From the NCBI GenBank assembly GCA_030831315.1, contig JAURLI010000003.1, positions 18,884-82,883 of the forward strand: DNA of 64,000 bases, given 5' to 3'. Positions 40,373-50,054 of the stretch are shown here, in pieces; position 1 is the stretch's first letter; each line of letters begins with the position of its first letter. The notes beneath the pieces are model-generated. The model did no database searches, was not told where the DNA came from, and worked only from the letters and a program-made list of their open reading frames with translations. A program made the position numbers and the translations under genes. This DNA comes from Alphaproteobacteria bacterium. Lineage in GTDB: Bacteria; Pseudomonadota; Alphaproteobacteria; SMXQ01.

Positions 40373-40642
40373 ATGTCGATTACGCCTGACCGTAAGAAGG
40401 CGCTCGTCAGCGAATACGCCAACGGCGCAAAAGATACCGGTTCCCCGGAAGTCCAGGTTGCGATCCTGTCTGAACGCATCGGTAACCTTACCGAACATCT
40501 GAAGGCCCATGGCCACGACTTTCATTCCCGTCGCGGCCTCCTCATGATGGTGTCGAAGCGCCGCCGGCTGCTCGACTATCTCAAAAACACGAACGAAGAC
40601 CGATACCAGAAGCTGATCGATCGCCTGGGACTCAGGCGCTAG
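40373..40642 (+). CDS. rpsO: 30S ribosomal protein S15
   Basis: [21 protein letters not shown] and LGLRR; GGAG ribosome-binding site before ATG 40373. Confidence 0.98.
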   Translation: MSITPDRKKALVSEYANGAKDTGSPEVQVAILSERIGNLTEHLKAHGHDFHSRRGLLMMVSKRRRLLDYLKNTNEDRYQKLIDRLGLRR

Positions 40643-40729
40643 CAAGGCTCCGGCCGCGAAGGCGCGGCCGGACCCCGTGCGCGGCAGGGCCGCGCGTGGG
40701 GGAAGGTTGGTTGGAAGGAGAGAGAATCC

Positions 40730-42862
40730 ATGTTCAACGTCATTAAAAAAGAAATCGAATGGGGCGGGCGCAAGCTCACTCTTGAAACAGGCCGCATTGC
40801 CCGTCAGGCCGACGGCGCGGTGCTCGCGACCTACGGCGAAACGACCGTCCTCTGCACGGCCGTTGCCAACAAGGCGCCGAAACCCGGCATCGATTTCTTC
40901 CCCCTCACCGTCAATTACCAGGAAAAGATGTTCGCCGCGGGCAAGATCCCGGGCGGCTTCTTCAAGCGTGAAGGACGCCCGAGCGAGAAGGAGACGCTGA
41001 CTTCGCGCCTCATCGACCGGCCGATCCGTCCGCTGTTCCACCCGTCGTTCCGCAATGAAACCCAGGTTGTGTGCACCACCATCTGCCACGACATGGAGAA
41101 CGATCCCGATATCGTCGCCCTGATCGGCGCCTCGGCGGCGCTGACGCTGTCGGGCATTCCGTTCCTGGGCCCCATCGGCGCTGCGCGCGTCGGCTTCATC
41201 GACGGCAAGTACGTCCTTAACCCGCTGGTCGACGAGATGCCGAACACCCGTCTCGATCTGGTCGTCGCGGGCACCCAGGAAGGCGTGCTGATGGTCGAAT
41301 CCGAGGCCCATGAGCTGACCGAAGAGGAAATGCTCGGCGCCGTCATGTTCGGCCACCGCGAATTCCAGAAGGTCATCAACGCGATCATCGAAATGGCCGA
41401 GCAGGCCGCGAAGGAGCCTTGGGCGCTGCCCCAGGCCGCACCCGAAGCGGAAGCCATCGAAAAGCGCGTGCGCGAACTGGCCGAGGCCGGCCTGCGCGAT
41501 GCCTACAAGGAAGTCGACAAGACCAAGCGCCGCGACGGCATCGACACGGTCAAGGCCGAGGTCAAGGCCAAGCTCGAAGCCGAGGAAATCACCGGCGACG
41601 CTGTCGGCCATGCCTTCAAGCATCTGGAGAAGGACATCGTCCGTCTCGCCATCCTCGATACCGGCTCGCGCATCGACGGCCGCGACACCAAGACGGTGCG
41701 CCCGATCAACGTGCAGGTCGGCGTGCTGCCGCGTGCACACGGTTCCGCCCTGTTCACCCGCGGTGAGACCCAGGTGCTCAACGTCACCACGCTCGGCACC
41801 GGCCAGGACGAGCAGATCATCGATGCGCTCGACGGCGACTACCGCGAGCACTTCATGCTGCATTACAACTTCCCGCCCTACTCGGTCGGTGAAGCTGGCC
41901 GCATGGGTAGCCCGGGCCGTCGTGAAATCGGCCACGGCAAGCTTGCCTGGCGCGCGGTACATCCGCTGCTCCCCGCCAAGGAAGACTTCCCCTACACCAT
42001 CCGCGTCGTGTCGGAAGTGACGGAATCGAACGGCTCGTCCTCGATGGCGACCGTTTGCGGCTCCTCGCTGTCGATGATGGACGCGGGCGTGCCGCTCAAG
42101 AAGCCGGTCGCCGGCATCGCCATGGGCCTGATCAAGGAAGGCGAGCGTTTCGCCGTCCTGACGGACATCCTCGGCGACGAAGATCATCTCGGCGACATGG
42201 ACTTCAAGGTGGCCGGTACCGATCAGGGCATCACCAGCCTGCAGATGGACATCAAGATCACCTCGATCACCGAGGAGATCATGAAGATCGCCCTGGCGCA
42301 GGCCCACGACGGACGCATTCATATCCTCGGCGAAATGTCGAAGGCTCTGAACAGCGCCCGCGAGGAAGTCTCCGGCAATGCCCCGCGCATCACCACCATT
42401 TCCATTCCGAAGGACAAGATCCGCGAAGTCATCGGCACCGGCGGCAAGGTCATTCGCGAGATTTGCGAGACCACCGGCGCGAAGATCGACATCGAGGACG
42501 ATGGCACCATCAAGGTTGCCGCCGTCGACGGTGAGGCCTCCGACAAGGCGATCCAGTGGATCAAGTCGATCGTCGCCGAACCGGAAGTCGGCGTGGTCTA
42601 TACGGGCAAGGTCGTGAAGGTCGTTGATTTCGGCGCCTTCGTGAACTTCCTCGGCGCGCGTGACGGGCTCGTGCACATCTCTGAGCTCGCTCAGGGCCGC
42701 ACGAAGAAAGTCACCGACGTCGTCAACGAAGGCGACATGGTGAAGGTAAAGGTTCTCGGCATCGATGATCGCGGCAAGGTTCGCCTGAGCATGCGCGTCG
42801 TCGATCAGGAGACCGGCGCCGACCTGTCTGACGAGGCCGGTGACACGCCGGCCGCGGAATAA
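40730..42862 (+). CDS. pnp: Polyribonucleotide nucleotidyltransferase
   Basis: [44 protein letters not shown] and S1 domains. Confidence 0.98.
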   Translation: MFNVIKKEIEWGGRKLTLETGRIARQADGAVLATYGETTVLCTAVANKAPKPGIDFFPLTVNYQEKMFAAGKIPGGFFKREGRPSEKETLTSRLIDRPIRPLFHPSFRNETQVVCTTICHDMENDPDIVALIGASAALTLSGIPFLGPIGAARVGFIDGKYVLNPLVDEMPNTRLDLVVAGTQEGVLMVESEAHELTEEEMLGAVMFGHREFQKVINAIIEMAEQAAKEPWALPQAAPEAEAIEKRVRELAEAGLRDAYKEVDKTKRRDGIDTVKAEVKAKLEAEEITGDAVGHAFKHLEKDIVRLAILDTGSRIDGRDTKTVRPINVQVGVLPRAHGSALFTRGETQVLNVTTLGTGQDEQIIDALDGDYREHFMLHYNFPPYSVGEAGRMGSPGRREIGHGKLAWRAVHPLLPAKEDFPYTIRVVSEVTESNGSSSMATVCGSSLSMMDAGVPLKKPVAGIAMGLIKEGERFAVLTDILGDEDHLGDMDFKVAGTDQGITSLQMDIKITSITEEIMKIALAQAHDGRIHILGEMSKALNSAREEVSGNAPRITTISIPKDKIREVIGTGGKVIREICETTGAKIDIEDDGTIKVAAVDGEASDKAIQWIKSIVAEPEVGVVYTGKVVKVVDFGAFVNFLGARDGLVHISELAQGRTKKVTDVVNEGDMVKVKVLGIDDRGKVRLSMRVVDQETGADLSDEAGDTPAAE

Positions 42863-42867
42863 CCGAG

Positions 42868-42896
42868 TGTCCGGCGGGGCTTGGCCCCGCCGGACA
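42868..42896 (+). other. Perfect 13-bp stem-loop directly after pnp, with no U-tract
   Basis: TGTCCGGCGGGGC-TTG-GCCCCGCCGGACA. Confidence 0.75.
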
Positions 42897-42917
42897 TAAA
42901 AACGGGACCCGCAGAAG

Positions 42918-44315
42918 ATGAAGGCTTTGCGTTCGCTGATCATTTCGGGTGAGGAAGTCCTGCCGCTCGTCGAGGGTGGCAAGGGGATTGCCGTATCCAA
43001 CGGGGAAAGCTCCGGCGCCTGGGCGGCGTCGGGCGGCGTCGGTACGTTCTCGGGCGTCAATGCCGATGCCCGCGACGACAAGGGCGAACTGATCCCGGTC
43101 GTCTACCACGGCCGCACCCGGCGCGAACGCCACGAAGAGCTCCTCTCCTATTCGATCCAAGGCGGCATCACCCAGGCCCGCATCGCCCACGAGACGCGCG
43201 CCGGCAAGGGCCGCATCCACATGAACATCCTGTGGGAAATGGGCGGCGCCGAGCGCGTGCTGAAGGGCGTTCTGGAAGGGGCCAAGGGCCTCATTCACGG
43301 CGTCACCTGCGGCGCCGGCATGCCCTACCGCATGGCCGAAATCTGCGCCGAATACGGCGTCTACTATTATCCGATCGTGTCGTCGGCACGCGCATTCCGC
43401 GCCCTGTGGAAGCGCGCCTATCACAAGTTCGCCAATCTTCTGGGCGGCGTGGTCTACGAAGACCCGTGGCTTGCCGGCGGGCACAACGGACTTTCCAACG
43501 TCGAAGATCCCAACCAGCCGCAGGATCCGCTGCCGCGGGTGCGCGACCTGCGCGCGCTGATGCGCGAATGCGGCCTCGATCAAACCCCGATCATCATGGC
43601 GGGCGGCGTGTGGCGCCTCGACGAATGGGAAGACTGGCTCGACAATCCCGAGCTTGGCCCCGTTGCCTTCCAGTTCGGCACCCGCCCGTTGCTGACCAAG
43701 GAAAGCCCGATCTCGGACGAATGGAAGCAGAAGCTGCTGACCCTCAAGGAAGGCGACGTTTACCTCAACCGTTTCTCGCCGACCGGGTTTTATTCCTCGG
43801 CCGTGTCCAATCCCTTCCTGCGCGAGCTGAAAGAGCGCTCCGAACGTCAGGTCGCCTACAGCCATGAACCGGTCGGCGAACACGACACCGAATTCGCCGT
43901 CGGTGCCCGCGGGCGCAAGGTCTATCTGACGGCCCACGATCGCGACCGCGCGGTGGGCTGGGTCGCCGAAGGTTATACGGAAGCCCTGCGCACCCCCGAT
44001 TCGACCCTGGTCTTTGTCACCCCGCCGCGTTCACGCGAAATTCGCAAGGACCAGATCGACTGCATGGGCTGCCTCAGCGCCTGCAATTTCTCGAACTGGG
44101 CCCAGAACGAGGCAGGCACCACCGGGCGCAAGGCCGACCCGCGATCCTATTGCATCCAGAAGACCCTGCAGGCGATCAGCCACACGGCCGACGTCGACAA
44201 CCAGCTGATGTTCGCCGGCCATAACGCTTTCCGCTTCCGCACCGATCCCTATTACGCCAACGGCTTCATCCCGACTGTGCGGGAATTGGTGGGCCGGTTG
44301 TGTACCGGTGCCTAA
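42918..44315 (+). CDS. Nitronate monooxygenase / FabK-FabX-like flavoprotein with a C-terminal Cys cluster
   Basis: EGGKG, CGAGMP, AGGHNG, IIMAGG, FQFGTR and LMFAG; CMGCLSAC...C near the C-terminus. Confidence 0.85.
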   Translation: MKALRSLIISGEEVLPLVEGGKGIAVSNGESSGAWAASGGVGTFSGVNADARDDKGELIPVVYHGRTRRERHEELLSYSIQGGITQARIAHETRAGKGRIHMNILWEMGGAERVLKGVLEGAKGLIHGVTCGAGMPYRMAEICAEYGVYYYPIVSSARAFRALWKRAYHKFANLLGGVVYEDPWLAGGHNGLSNVEDPNQPQDPLPRVRDLRALMRECGLDQTPIIMAGGVWRLDEWEDWLDNPELGPVAFQFGTRPLLTKESPISDEWKQKLLTLKEGDVYLNRFSPTGFYSSAVSNPFLRELKERSERQVAYSHEPVGEHDTEFAVGARGRKVYLTAHDRDRAVGWVAEGYTEALRTPDSTLVFVTPPRSREIRKDQIDCMGCLSACNFSNWAQNEAGTTGRKADPRSYCIQKTLQAISHTADVDNQLMFAGHNAFRFRTDPYYANGFIPTVRELVGRLCTGA

Positions 44316-44445
44316 AAAGCCGTATAACCGTTCCAAACAACGGGTTAGCTTTTTGTAATTTTAGGGGTTTATTTTTCCGGCCCGTGCCCCTATATGTTTT
44401 GCGAATGTTTTGCATCAGCGGCCCGCGCCGCTTTTGGATGAACCG

Positions 44446-44877
44446 ATGGTCCAGTCTCATACCCATGCGCCGCGTCCCTATGCCCAGGTGCTTGACCGCC
44501 TGAAGCAGGCCGGTCTGCGCCCGACGCGCCAGCGTATCGCGCTGGCCAAGCTGCTGTGTGATGCGGGCGATTGCCATTTCACGGCGGAAGACCTGCACGG
44601 CAAGGCGCTCTCGGCTGGCGTGCGGGTGTCGCTGGCGACCATCTACAACACCCTGCACCAGTTCACCCATGCCGGGATGCTGCGTGAAATCGTGGTGTCG
44701 CCGGGTTCGAGCTACTTCGACACCAACGTTTCAGATCACCACCACTTCTTTCACGAAGACCGCAGCGAGCTTTCCGACATCGCTGGCGAAGACGTGGTGA
44801 TCGCGGCAATCCCGAAGCCCCCGGCGGGCACCTCGGTTGACCGCGTGGACGTCATTATCCGCGTCCGCGGCCGTTAA
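44446..44877 (+). CDS. irr: Iron response regulator Irr (Fur family)
   Basis: GLRPTRQR.AL, HFTAEDL, VSLATIYNTLHQF, YFDTN.SDHHHFF (Irr His-rich motif) and VDVIIRV. Confidence 0.9.
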   Translation: MVQSHTHAPRPYAQVLDRLKQAGLRPTRQRIALAKLLCDAGDCHFTAEDLHGKALSAGVRVSLATIYNTLHQFTHAGMLREIVVSPGSSYFDTNVSDHHHFFHEDRSELSDIAGEDVVIAAIPKPPAGTSVDRVDVIIRVRGR

Positions 44878-44909
44878 TAATTCCCCGTGATTTCAGAACA
44901 ATAAAAATT

Positions 44910-44930
44910 AGTTTAGAGGACTTCTAAACT
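44910..44930. promoter_or_regulatory. Irr-binding iron control element (ICE)
   Basis: AGTTTAGA-GGACT-TCTAAACT is a perfect 8-bp inverted repeat; core TTTAGAG-GAC-TTCTAAA differs by one base from TTTAGAA-N3-TTCTAAA. Confidence 0.88.
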
Positions 44931-44931
44931 G

Positions 44932-44960
44932 TTGACGAAGCCCTTCGCGCAGCCTATATA
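44932..44960 (+). promoter_or_regulatory. sigma70 promoter of the rubrerythrin operon
   Basis: TTGACG (44932-37), 17-nt spacer, TATATA (44955-60). Confidence 0.75.
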
Positions 44961-45063
44961 GGATGCGTGAGCTTTTTCGCGGGTTCATCCGACTTGTCGG
45001 TCCGCCCGTATCAGCGTTCATCAGCGTCAGTTCATCGCAAGCCAAAATCGGAGGAGAACCAAT

Positions 45064-45486
45064 ATGGCATCGTTGAAAGGATCCAAGACCGAAGGCAACC
45101 TGAAGGCCGCATTCGCGGGCGAATCTCAGGCCAACCGCCGCTATCTCTATTTCGCGCAGAAGGCCGACGTCGAAGGCTTCAATGACGTCTCGGCGGTCTT
45201 CCGCTCCACCGCCGAAGGCGAAACCGGCCATGCCCACGGCCATCTCGAATTCCTCGAGGTCTGTGGCGACCCCGCCACCGGTGAGCCGATCGGCGACACC
45301 ACGAAGAACCTGAAGGCGTCCATCGCGGGTGAAACCCACGAGTACACCGACATGTATCCGTCGATGGCCAAGACCGCCCGCACCGAGGGCTTCGAGGAAA
45401 TCGCCGACTGGTTCGAAACCCTGGCGAAGGCTGAAAAGTCCCACGCCGGCCGCTTCCAGCGCGCTCTCGACACCCTGGGCAAGTAA
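45064..45486 (+). CDS. rbr: Rubrerythrin, short type with no rubredoxin domain
   Basis: [27 protein letters not shown] and AEKSHA di-iron motifs; 140 aa; GGAGGAG ribosome-binding site. Confidence 0.93.
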   Translation: MASLKGSKTEGNLKAAFAGESQANRRYLYFAQKADVEGFNDVSAVFRSTAEGETGHAHGHLEFLEVCGDPATGEPIGDTTKNLKASIAGETHEYTDMYPSMAKTARTEGFEEIADWFETLAKAEKSHAGRFQRALDTLGK

Positions 45487-45638
45487 GTCCAGCCGCGTAT
45501 CGCCGGGCGGCGCAGCCGCCCGGCGGATCGCTGCACCCTGTAAACTTTAGTCTTAGGCATTCATAATGCCGGAAGGGGTCGCTTCCGGCAGTGGGGCTGA
45601 CGTGTCCCCGCAAAGTCGAAAACGGAACGAGGTTGATC

Positions 45639-47015
45639 ATGGCTGTAGAAGGTGGTTTGGGCGCGCCCGTGCGCCACGCGATTGACTGGAACGATCCCGA
45701 CTTCTTCGACGAGGAGAAGCTCGACGCCGAACTGCGCCGGGTCTTCGACATCTGTCATGGCTGCCGGCGCTGCTTCAACCTGTGCGATTCCTTTCCGCGC
45801 CTGTTCGACCTGATCGACGAATCCAAAACGGGCGAACTCGATTCCGTTTCCAGCGACGATTTCAAGCCGGTGGTGGATGCCTGCACGCTCTGCGACATGT
45901 GCTTCATGACGAAGTGCCCCTACGTGCCCCCCCACGAATTCAACCTCGACTTCCCGCATCTGATGCTGCGCTATCGCGCGGTCGAATTGAAAAAGGGCGA
46001 GGTCGGCTTCGCCGAAAGCCAGCTCACCGAAACGGACCGCAACGGCAAGCTCGCCGGTGCGGTGGCGCCTGTCGCCAACTGGGCATCGAAAACCGGCAAC
46101 GGCCTGACGCGCCCCGTTCTGCAGGCGGTCGCCGGTGTCGATGCGCGTGTCGACCTGCCAAAGTTCCACGGCAAGACCTTCACCGCGCGGGCCAAGACCG
46201 ACAAGCCCGCGATCAATGCCGAGGCTCCCGCCCACGGCCGCAAGGCGATCCTGTTCGCGACCTGCTTCGTCAACTACAACAACCCCGGCATCGGCGAGGC
46301 GGCCCTTGCGGTGCTCGCGAAAAACGGCGTCGAAACCGAGGTCGGCTATCCCGGCTGCTGCGGCATGCCGCAGCTCGAGCACGGCGATCTCGCGCGCGTC
46401 GCCGAAAATGCCCGCCGCACCGCCGCCTATTTCGGCCCCTGGATCGACAAGGGCTACGACGTGGTGGCGCTGACGCCGTCCTGCGCCCTGATGTTGAAAT
46501 TCGAATGGCCCCTGATCGTGCCCAAGGACGATCCCGCCTATGATGCGGTGGTGAAGCTGTCGAAGGCGACGCGCGACATTTCCGAATACGTCGTCGATAT
46601 CGCCGACAAGGAAGGCCTGGCGCCGGGCATGCAGCCGGTGGACGGCGGCATCACGCTGCATCTCGCTTGCCACGCACGTGCCCAGAACCTCGGTCCCAAG
46701 GCCGCCGACATGCTCAAGCGCATTCCGGGATCGGACGTTTCCGTGATCGAGCGCTGCTCGGGCCACGGCGGTTCTTGGGGCATCCTCAAGGACAACTTCG
46801 ATACCGCGCTGAAGGTCGGCAAGCCTGTCGCCCGCAAGGCATTGGAGGAAGGCAAGGCCTATGTCGCTTCCGAATGCCCGCTTGCCGCCAAGCACGTGGT
46901 GCAGGGCATGAAGATGCTGGATGGCGCCAACGTGAAGGTCGAAGCACCTTCGCACCCGATCGAGATTTTCGCCCGCGCCTACGGGATCGGCGCCGCGGGC
47001 ACCGACAAAAAGTAG
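45639..47015 (+). CDS. Rubrerythrin-associated Fe-S oxidoreductase (GlpC/HdrD-like; two 4Fe-4S motifs plus CCG domains)
   Basis: CHGCRRCFNLC, CTLCDMCFMTKCP, GCCG, PSC, ACH, RCSGHGG and SECP. Confidence 0.88.
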   Translation: MAVEGGLGAPVRHAIDWNDPDFFDEEKLDAELRRVFDICHGCRRCFNLCDSFPRLFDLIDESKTGELDSVSSDDFKPVVDACTLCDMCFMTKCPYVPPHEFNLDFPHLMLRYRAVELKKGEVGFAESQLTETDRNGKLAGAVAPVANWASKTGNGLTRPVLQAVAGVDARVDLPKFHGKTFTARAKTDKPAINAEAPAHGRKAILFATCFVNYNNPGIGEAALAVLAKNGVETEVGYPGCCGMPQLEHGDLARVAENARRTAAYFGPWIDKGYDVVALTPSCALMLKFEWPLIVPKDDPAYDAVVKLSKATRDISEYVVDIADKEGLAPGMQPVDGGITLHLACHARAQNLGPKAADMLKRIPGSDVSVIERCSGHGGSWGILKDNFDTALKVGKPVARKALEEGKAYVASECPLAAKHVVQGMKMLDGANVKVEAPSHPIEIFARAYGIGAAGTDKK

Positions 47016-47044
47016 GAACAGACGTTATGGATGGAGGTCATCAG

Positions 47045-47635
47045 ATGCCCGCGGCCCGCAAGATCACCCGTGACGACATCATGGACATGGGCGCTTACGC
47101 CAAGGTGCGCGCCGAGCGCCGCCGTGCCATGGCTGCGGCCAAGCGCAACCGCCGGGTTTCCGTCGGTCCGCACGTGACCTTTTATTTTGAAAGCCACGCC
47201 ACGATGCTGCATCAGATCCACGAGATGCTGTTCATCGAAAAGGGCGGCGAGGAACAGGTTGCTGACGAGCTTGCGGCCTACAACCCGCTCATCCCCCAGG
47301 GCCGCGAGCTGGTGGCGACGATGATGATCGAATACGAAGACCCCGCGGTACGTGACCGTGAACTGCGCCGCCTTACCTTCATCGAAACGACGGTGACCCT
47401 TTCCATCGGCGGCGAGGACATCAAGGCCGAGGCCGAGGTCGATGTCGAGCGCACCAAGGCCGATGGCAAGACTTCGGCGATTCACTTCCTGCGTTTTCCG
47501 CTGACTGACACCCAGGCTGCTGCTTTCAAGACGGCGGGCACGCGCATCGTGCTGGGCATAGGCCATGAAAACTACGGCCACATGGCGGTCGTCAACGAAG
47601 CGACGCGCGCAGCCTTGGCCGAAGATCTGGCCTGA
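47045..47635 (+). CDS. DUF3501 family protein
   Basis: KRNRRV.VG, QIHEMLFIE, ELAAYNPLIP and SAIHFLRF; GGAGG ribosome-binding site; follows rbr and the Fe-S oxidoreductase. Confidence 0.88.
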   Translation: MPAARKITRDDIMDMGAYAKVRAERRRAMAAAKRNRRVSVGPHVTFYFESHATMLHQIHEMLFIEKGGEEQVADELAAYNPLIPQGRELVATMMIEYEDPAVRDRELRRLTFIETTVTLSIGGEDIKAEAEVDVERTKADGKTSAIHFLRFPLTDTQAAAFKTAGTRIVLGIGHENYGHMAVVNEATRAALAEDLA

Positions 47636-47652
47636 TCCGTTTCGGGTTTCGT

Positions 47653-47685
47653 AAAAAAAGCCCCGGACTCGTTCCGGGGCTTTTT
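47653..47685. terminator. Bidirectional rho-independent terminator
   Basis: AAAAAAAGCCCCGGA-CTCGT-TCCGGGGCTTTTT between convergent operons. Confidence 0.9.
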
Positions 47686-47687
47686 CA

Positions 47688-48233
47688 TTAATCGACTTTT
47701 TCGTTGGGCAGGGTGCCCCAGATCGTCGCGCGCGGGGTCCAGCCCTTGATGCCGCGCATCTCGACGCGGCACCAGCCGCCCTCGCAGGCGAGCAGCCTTG
47801 CAACCACGCCCGGTTCGGCGCGTGCGAGTGCCGGGGCAGCGCTTTCCGGGGCACGCCGCAGCACCGTATCGTCGGCGACGGTGATCGCGGTGCGCCTGCC
47901 CGCCAGCATGGCGCGATGCACCCAGCCGATGGTGCCGTTCCAGTCACGCACTTTCCGCCAGGCGTCGAACTCGGCGACGATCTGCACCGGCAGGCCGCGG
48001 CGGCGGTAGATCCATTCCACGGGGTAGCGCGTGCCGGGCCCGGCACGCATGTAAACCTCGCCCGCGCGCAGGCTGGCGAAGCGCGGCAGCGGCAGGCCGG
48101 TGCGCTTCACGGCCGTTTTCGGCCCGGCGGGCTTGTCGCCCTCGTTTTCGTTTTGCGCCGTGGCCGGGAAGCCCGCGCAAGCGAGACCCGCTGCGAGCAG
48201 CACTGCGACGATGACGCTGCGCTTACGCGCCAT
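47688..48233 (-). CDS. Exported tandem bacterial SH3-domain protein
   Basis: Signal peptide; GLPLPRFASL, MRAGPG..YPV.W and GWV...ML; a second SH3 repeat ends in GW...IWG. Confidence 0.85.
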   Translation of the reverse strand: MARKRSVIVAVLLAAGLACAGFPATAQNENEGDKPAGPKTAVKRTGLPLPRFASLRAGEVYMRAGPGTRYPVEWIYRRRGLPVQIVAEFDAWRKVRDWNGTIGWVHRAMLAGRRTAITVADDTVLRRAPESAAPALARAEPGVVARLLACEGGWCRVEMRGIKGWTPRATIWGTLPNEKVD

Positions 48234-49020
48234 GCCGGAACAGGTCCGTGATGGTGGGGTTCTCGCCGCAGAGCGCGCAGGCCGGGTCGGGGCGTGCCTT
48301 GATGCGGCGGAACGTCGCGCCCAGCATGTCCATGACGACGAGCGAGCCGGCCAGGCTTTCGCCAAGACCAAGCAGTTCCTTGATGACTTCCGTCGCCTGC
48401 AGGCAGCCGACGACGCCCGCGACCGCGCCCAGCACGCCGCCTTCGGCGCAGGTCGGGATCAGTCCTTCGGGGGGCGGAGCCGGAAAGATGCAGCGGTAGC
48501 AGGGCTTGCCGTCTTCGAAAGCGCGGAAGGTGGCGACCTGACCCTCGAAACGCAGAAGCGCCGCCGATACCAGTGGCTTGCGGGCAAGGTAGCAGGCATC
48601 GTTGAGCAGGAACCGGGTGGCGAAATTGTCCGACCCGTCGGCGACGATGTCGTATCCCGCGATCAGGTCCATGACGTTGCCCGCGCCGAGCCGCAGGGCA
48701 TGGGCCTCGACCTTGATATCGGGATTGATCGCCTTGATCGCCTTGGCGGCGCTTTCGACCTTGGGCGTGCCGATGCGTTCCGTCGCGTGGATGACCTGGC
48801 GCTGCAGGTTCGACAGGTCCACGGCGTCGTCATCGACGATGCCGATGCGCCCGACACCGGCGGCGCCCAGATACATCAGCAACGGCGAGCCCAGTCCGCC
48901 CGCGCCGATCACCAGCACCGAGGATTTCAGCAGCTTTTCCTGACCCTTGCCGCCAAGTTCCGGCAGGATGATGTGGCGCGCGTAGCGCTCAAGCTGCTGG
49001 TCGGTGAATTCGAAGGTCAT
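48223..49020 (-). CDS. moeB: MoeB/ThiF family adenylyltransferase
   Basis: RYARHI, GAGGLG, SNLQRQ, DGSDNF, CYRC, conserved Cys in TCAEGG and CALC; no rhodanese domain. Confidence 0.92.
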   Translation of the reverse strand: MTFEFTDQQLERYARHIILPELGGKGQEKLLKSSVLVIGAGGLGSPLLMYLGAAGVGRIGIVDDDAVDLSNLQRQVIHATERIGTPKVESAAKAIKAINPDIKVEAHALRLGAGNVMDLIAGYDIVADGSDNFATRFLLNDACYLARKPLVSAALLRFEGQVATFRAFEDGKPCYRCIFPAPPPEGLIPTCAEGGVLGAVAGVVGCLQATEVIKELLGLGESLAGSLVVMDMLGATFRRIKARPDPACALCGENPTITDLFRHGA

Positions 49021-49034
49021 CTGCGGGTGCTGGC

Positions 49035-49997
49035 CTATATGTTGTCGAACAGCGCCGTCGACAGGTAGCGCTCGGCGAAGGACGGCAGGATGATGACGAT
49101 CTTCTTGCCCGCGAATTCGGCGCGCGCGCCGATCTCGATCCCCGCGGCGAGCGCCGCACCCGACGAAATGCCGACCGGCACGCCTTCCATGCGTGCCGCC
49201 TTGCGCGCGGTGGCGAAGGCGGTCTCATTGCCGATGCGCACGACCTCGTCGATCAGGTTGACGTCGAGGTTGGCCGGAACGAAGCCCGCGCCGATACCCT
49301 GGATCTTGTGCGGACCGGGAACGCCACCCGACAGCACGGGGCTGTCTTCGGGCTCGACCGCGATCATCTTGAGCGAAGCCTTGCGCGCCTTCAGCACCGA
49401 ACCGACGCCGGTCAGCGTGCCGCCGGTGCCGACGCCGGAAATGACGGCATCCACCTCACCGTTGGTGTCGTTCCAGATTTCCTCGGCCGTGGTGCGGCGG
49501 TGGATATCGGGATTGGCGGGGTTCTCGAACTGCTGGAGGATGATCGAATCCTTTATCTGGGCGTTCAGTTCGCCCGCCCGGCGAAGCGCACCCTTCATGC
49601 CTTCGGCGGCCGGTGTCAGTTCCAGTTCCGCGCCCAGGATCAGCAGCATCTTGCGCCGTTCCATCGACATGCTCTCAGGCATGCACAGGATCAGGCGGTA
49701 GCCCTTGGCCGCGCAGACGAAGGCCAGCGCGATGCCGGTATTGCCCGAGGTTGGCTCGATCACGGTGGTGCCGATCTTCAGGCGCCCGTCGGCTTCCGCC
49801 GCCTCGATCATGGCAAGGCCGATACGATCCTTTACCGACGACATCGGGTTGAAGAATTCGAGCTTGCCGTACAGCTCGGCCTTGCAGCCGCTTTCCCGCG
49901 ACAGGCGCGGCAGATAGACGGTCGGGGTATTGCCGATGGTCTCGAGGATCGAGCCGAAGGTCTTGCCCCTGCCCTGGGTGTCTTTCTTGTCGGTCAT
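49035..49997 (-). CDS. cysK: Cysteine synthase A (O-acetylserine sulfhydrylase)
   Basis: SVKDR (PLP Lys), TSGNTG, GVGTGGT, HKIQGIG and ERYLSTALF. Confidence 0.96.
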   Translation of the reverse strand: MTDKKDTQGRGKTFGSILETIGNTPTVYLPRLSRESGCKAELYGKLEFFNPMSSVKDRIGLAMIEAAEADGRLKIGTTVIEPTSGNTGIALAFVCAAKGYRLILCMPESMSMERRKMLLILGAELELTPAAEGMKGALRRAGELNAQIKDSIILQQFENPANPDIHRRTTAEEIWNDTNGEVDAVISGVGTGGTLTGVGSVLKARKASLKMIAVEPEDSPVLSGGVPGPHKIQGIGAGFVPANLDVNLIDEVVRIGNETAFATARKAARMEGVPVGISSGAALAAGIEIGARAEFAGKKIVIILPSFAERYLSTALFDNI

Positions 49998-50054
49998 TGT
50001 CTGCAGTCTCCCTGATGCCGCGTTGCCGTGGTCGTCTTCGGTTGAAAACCAAAC

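Noticed and set aside
40355-43081. Very long antisense and alternate-frame ORFs (908 aa here; also 24243-26573, 35629-37602, 10355-12052 and 52258-54045)
   Set aside because: These are shadow ORFs of well-conserved genes in high-GC DNA, with no recognisable motifs.
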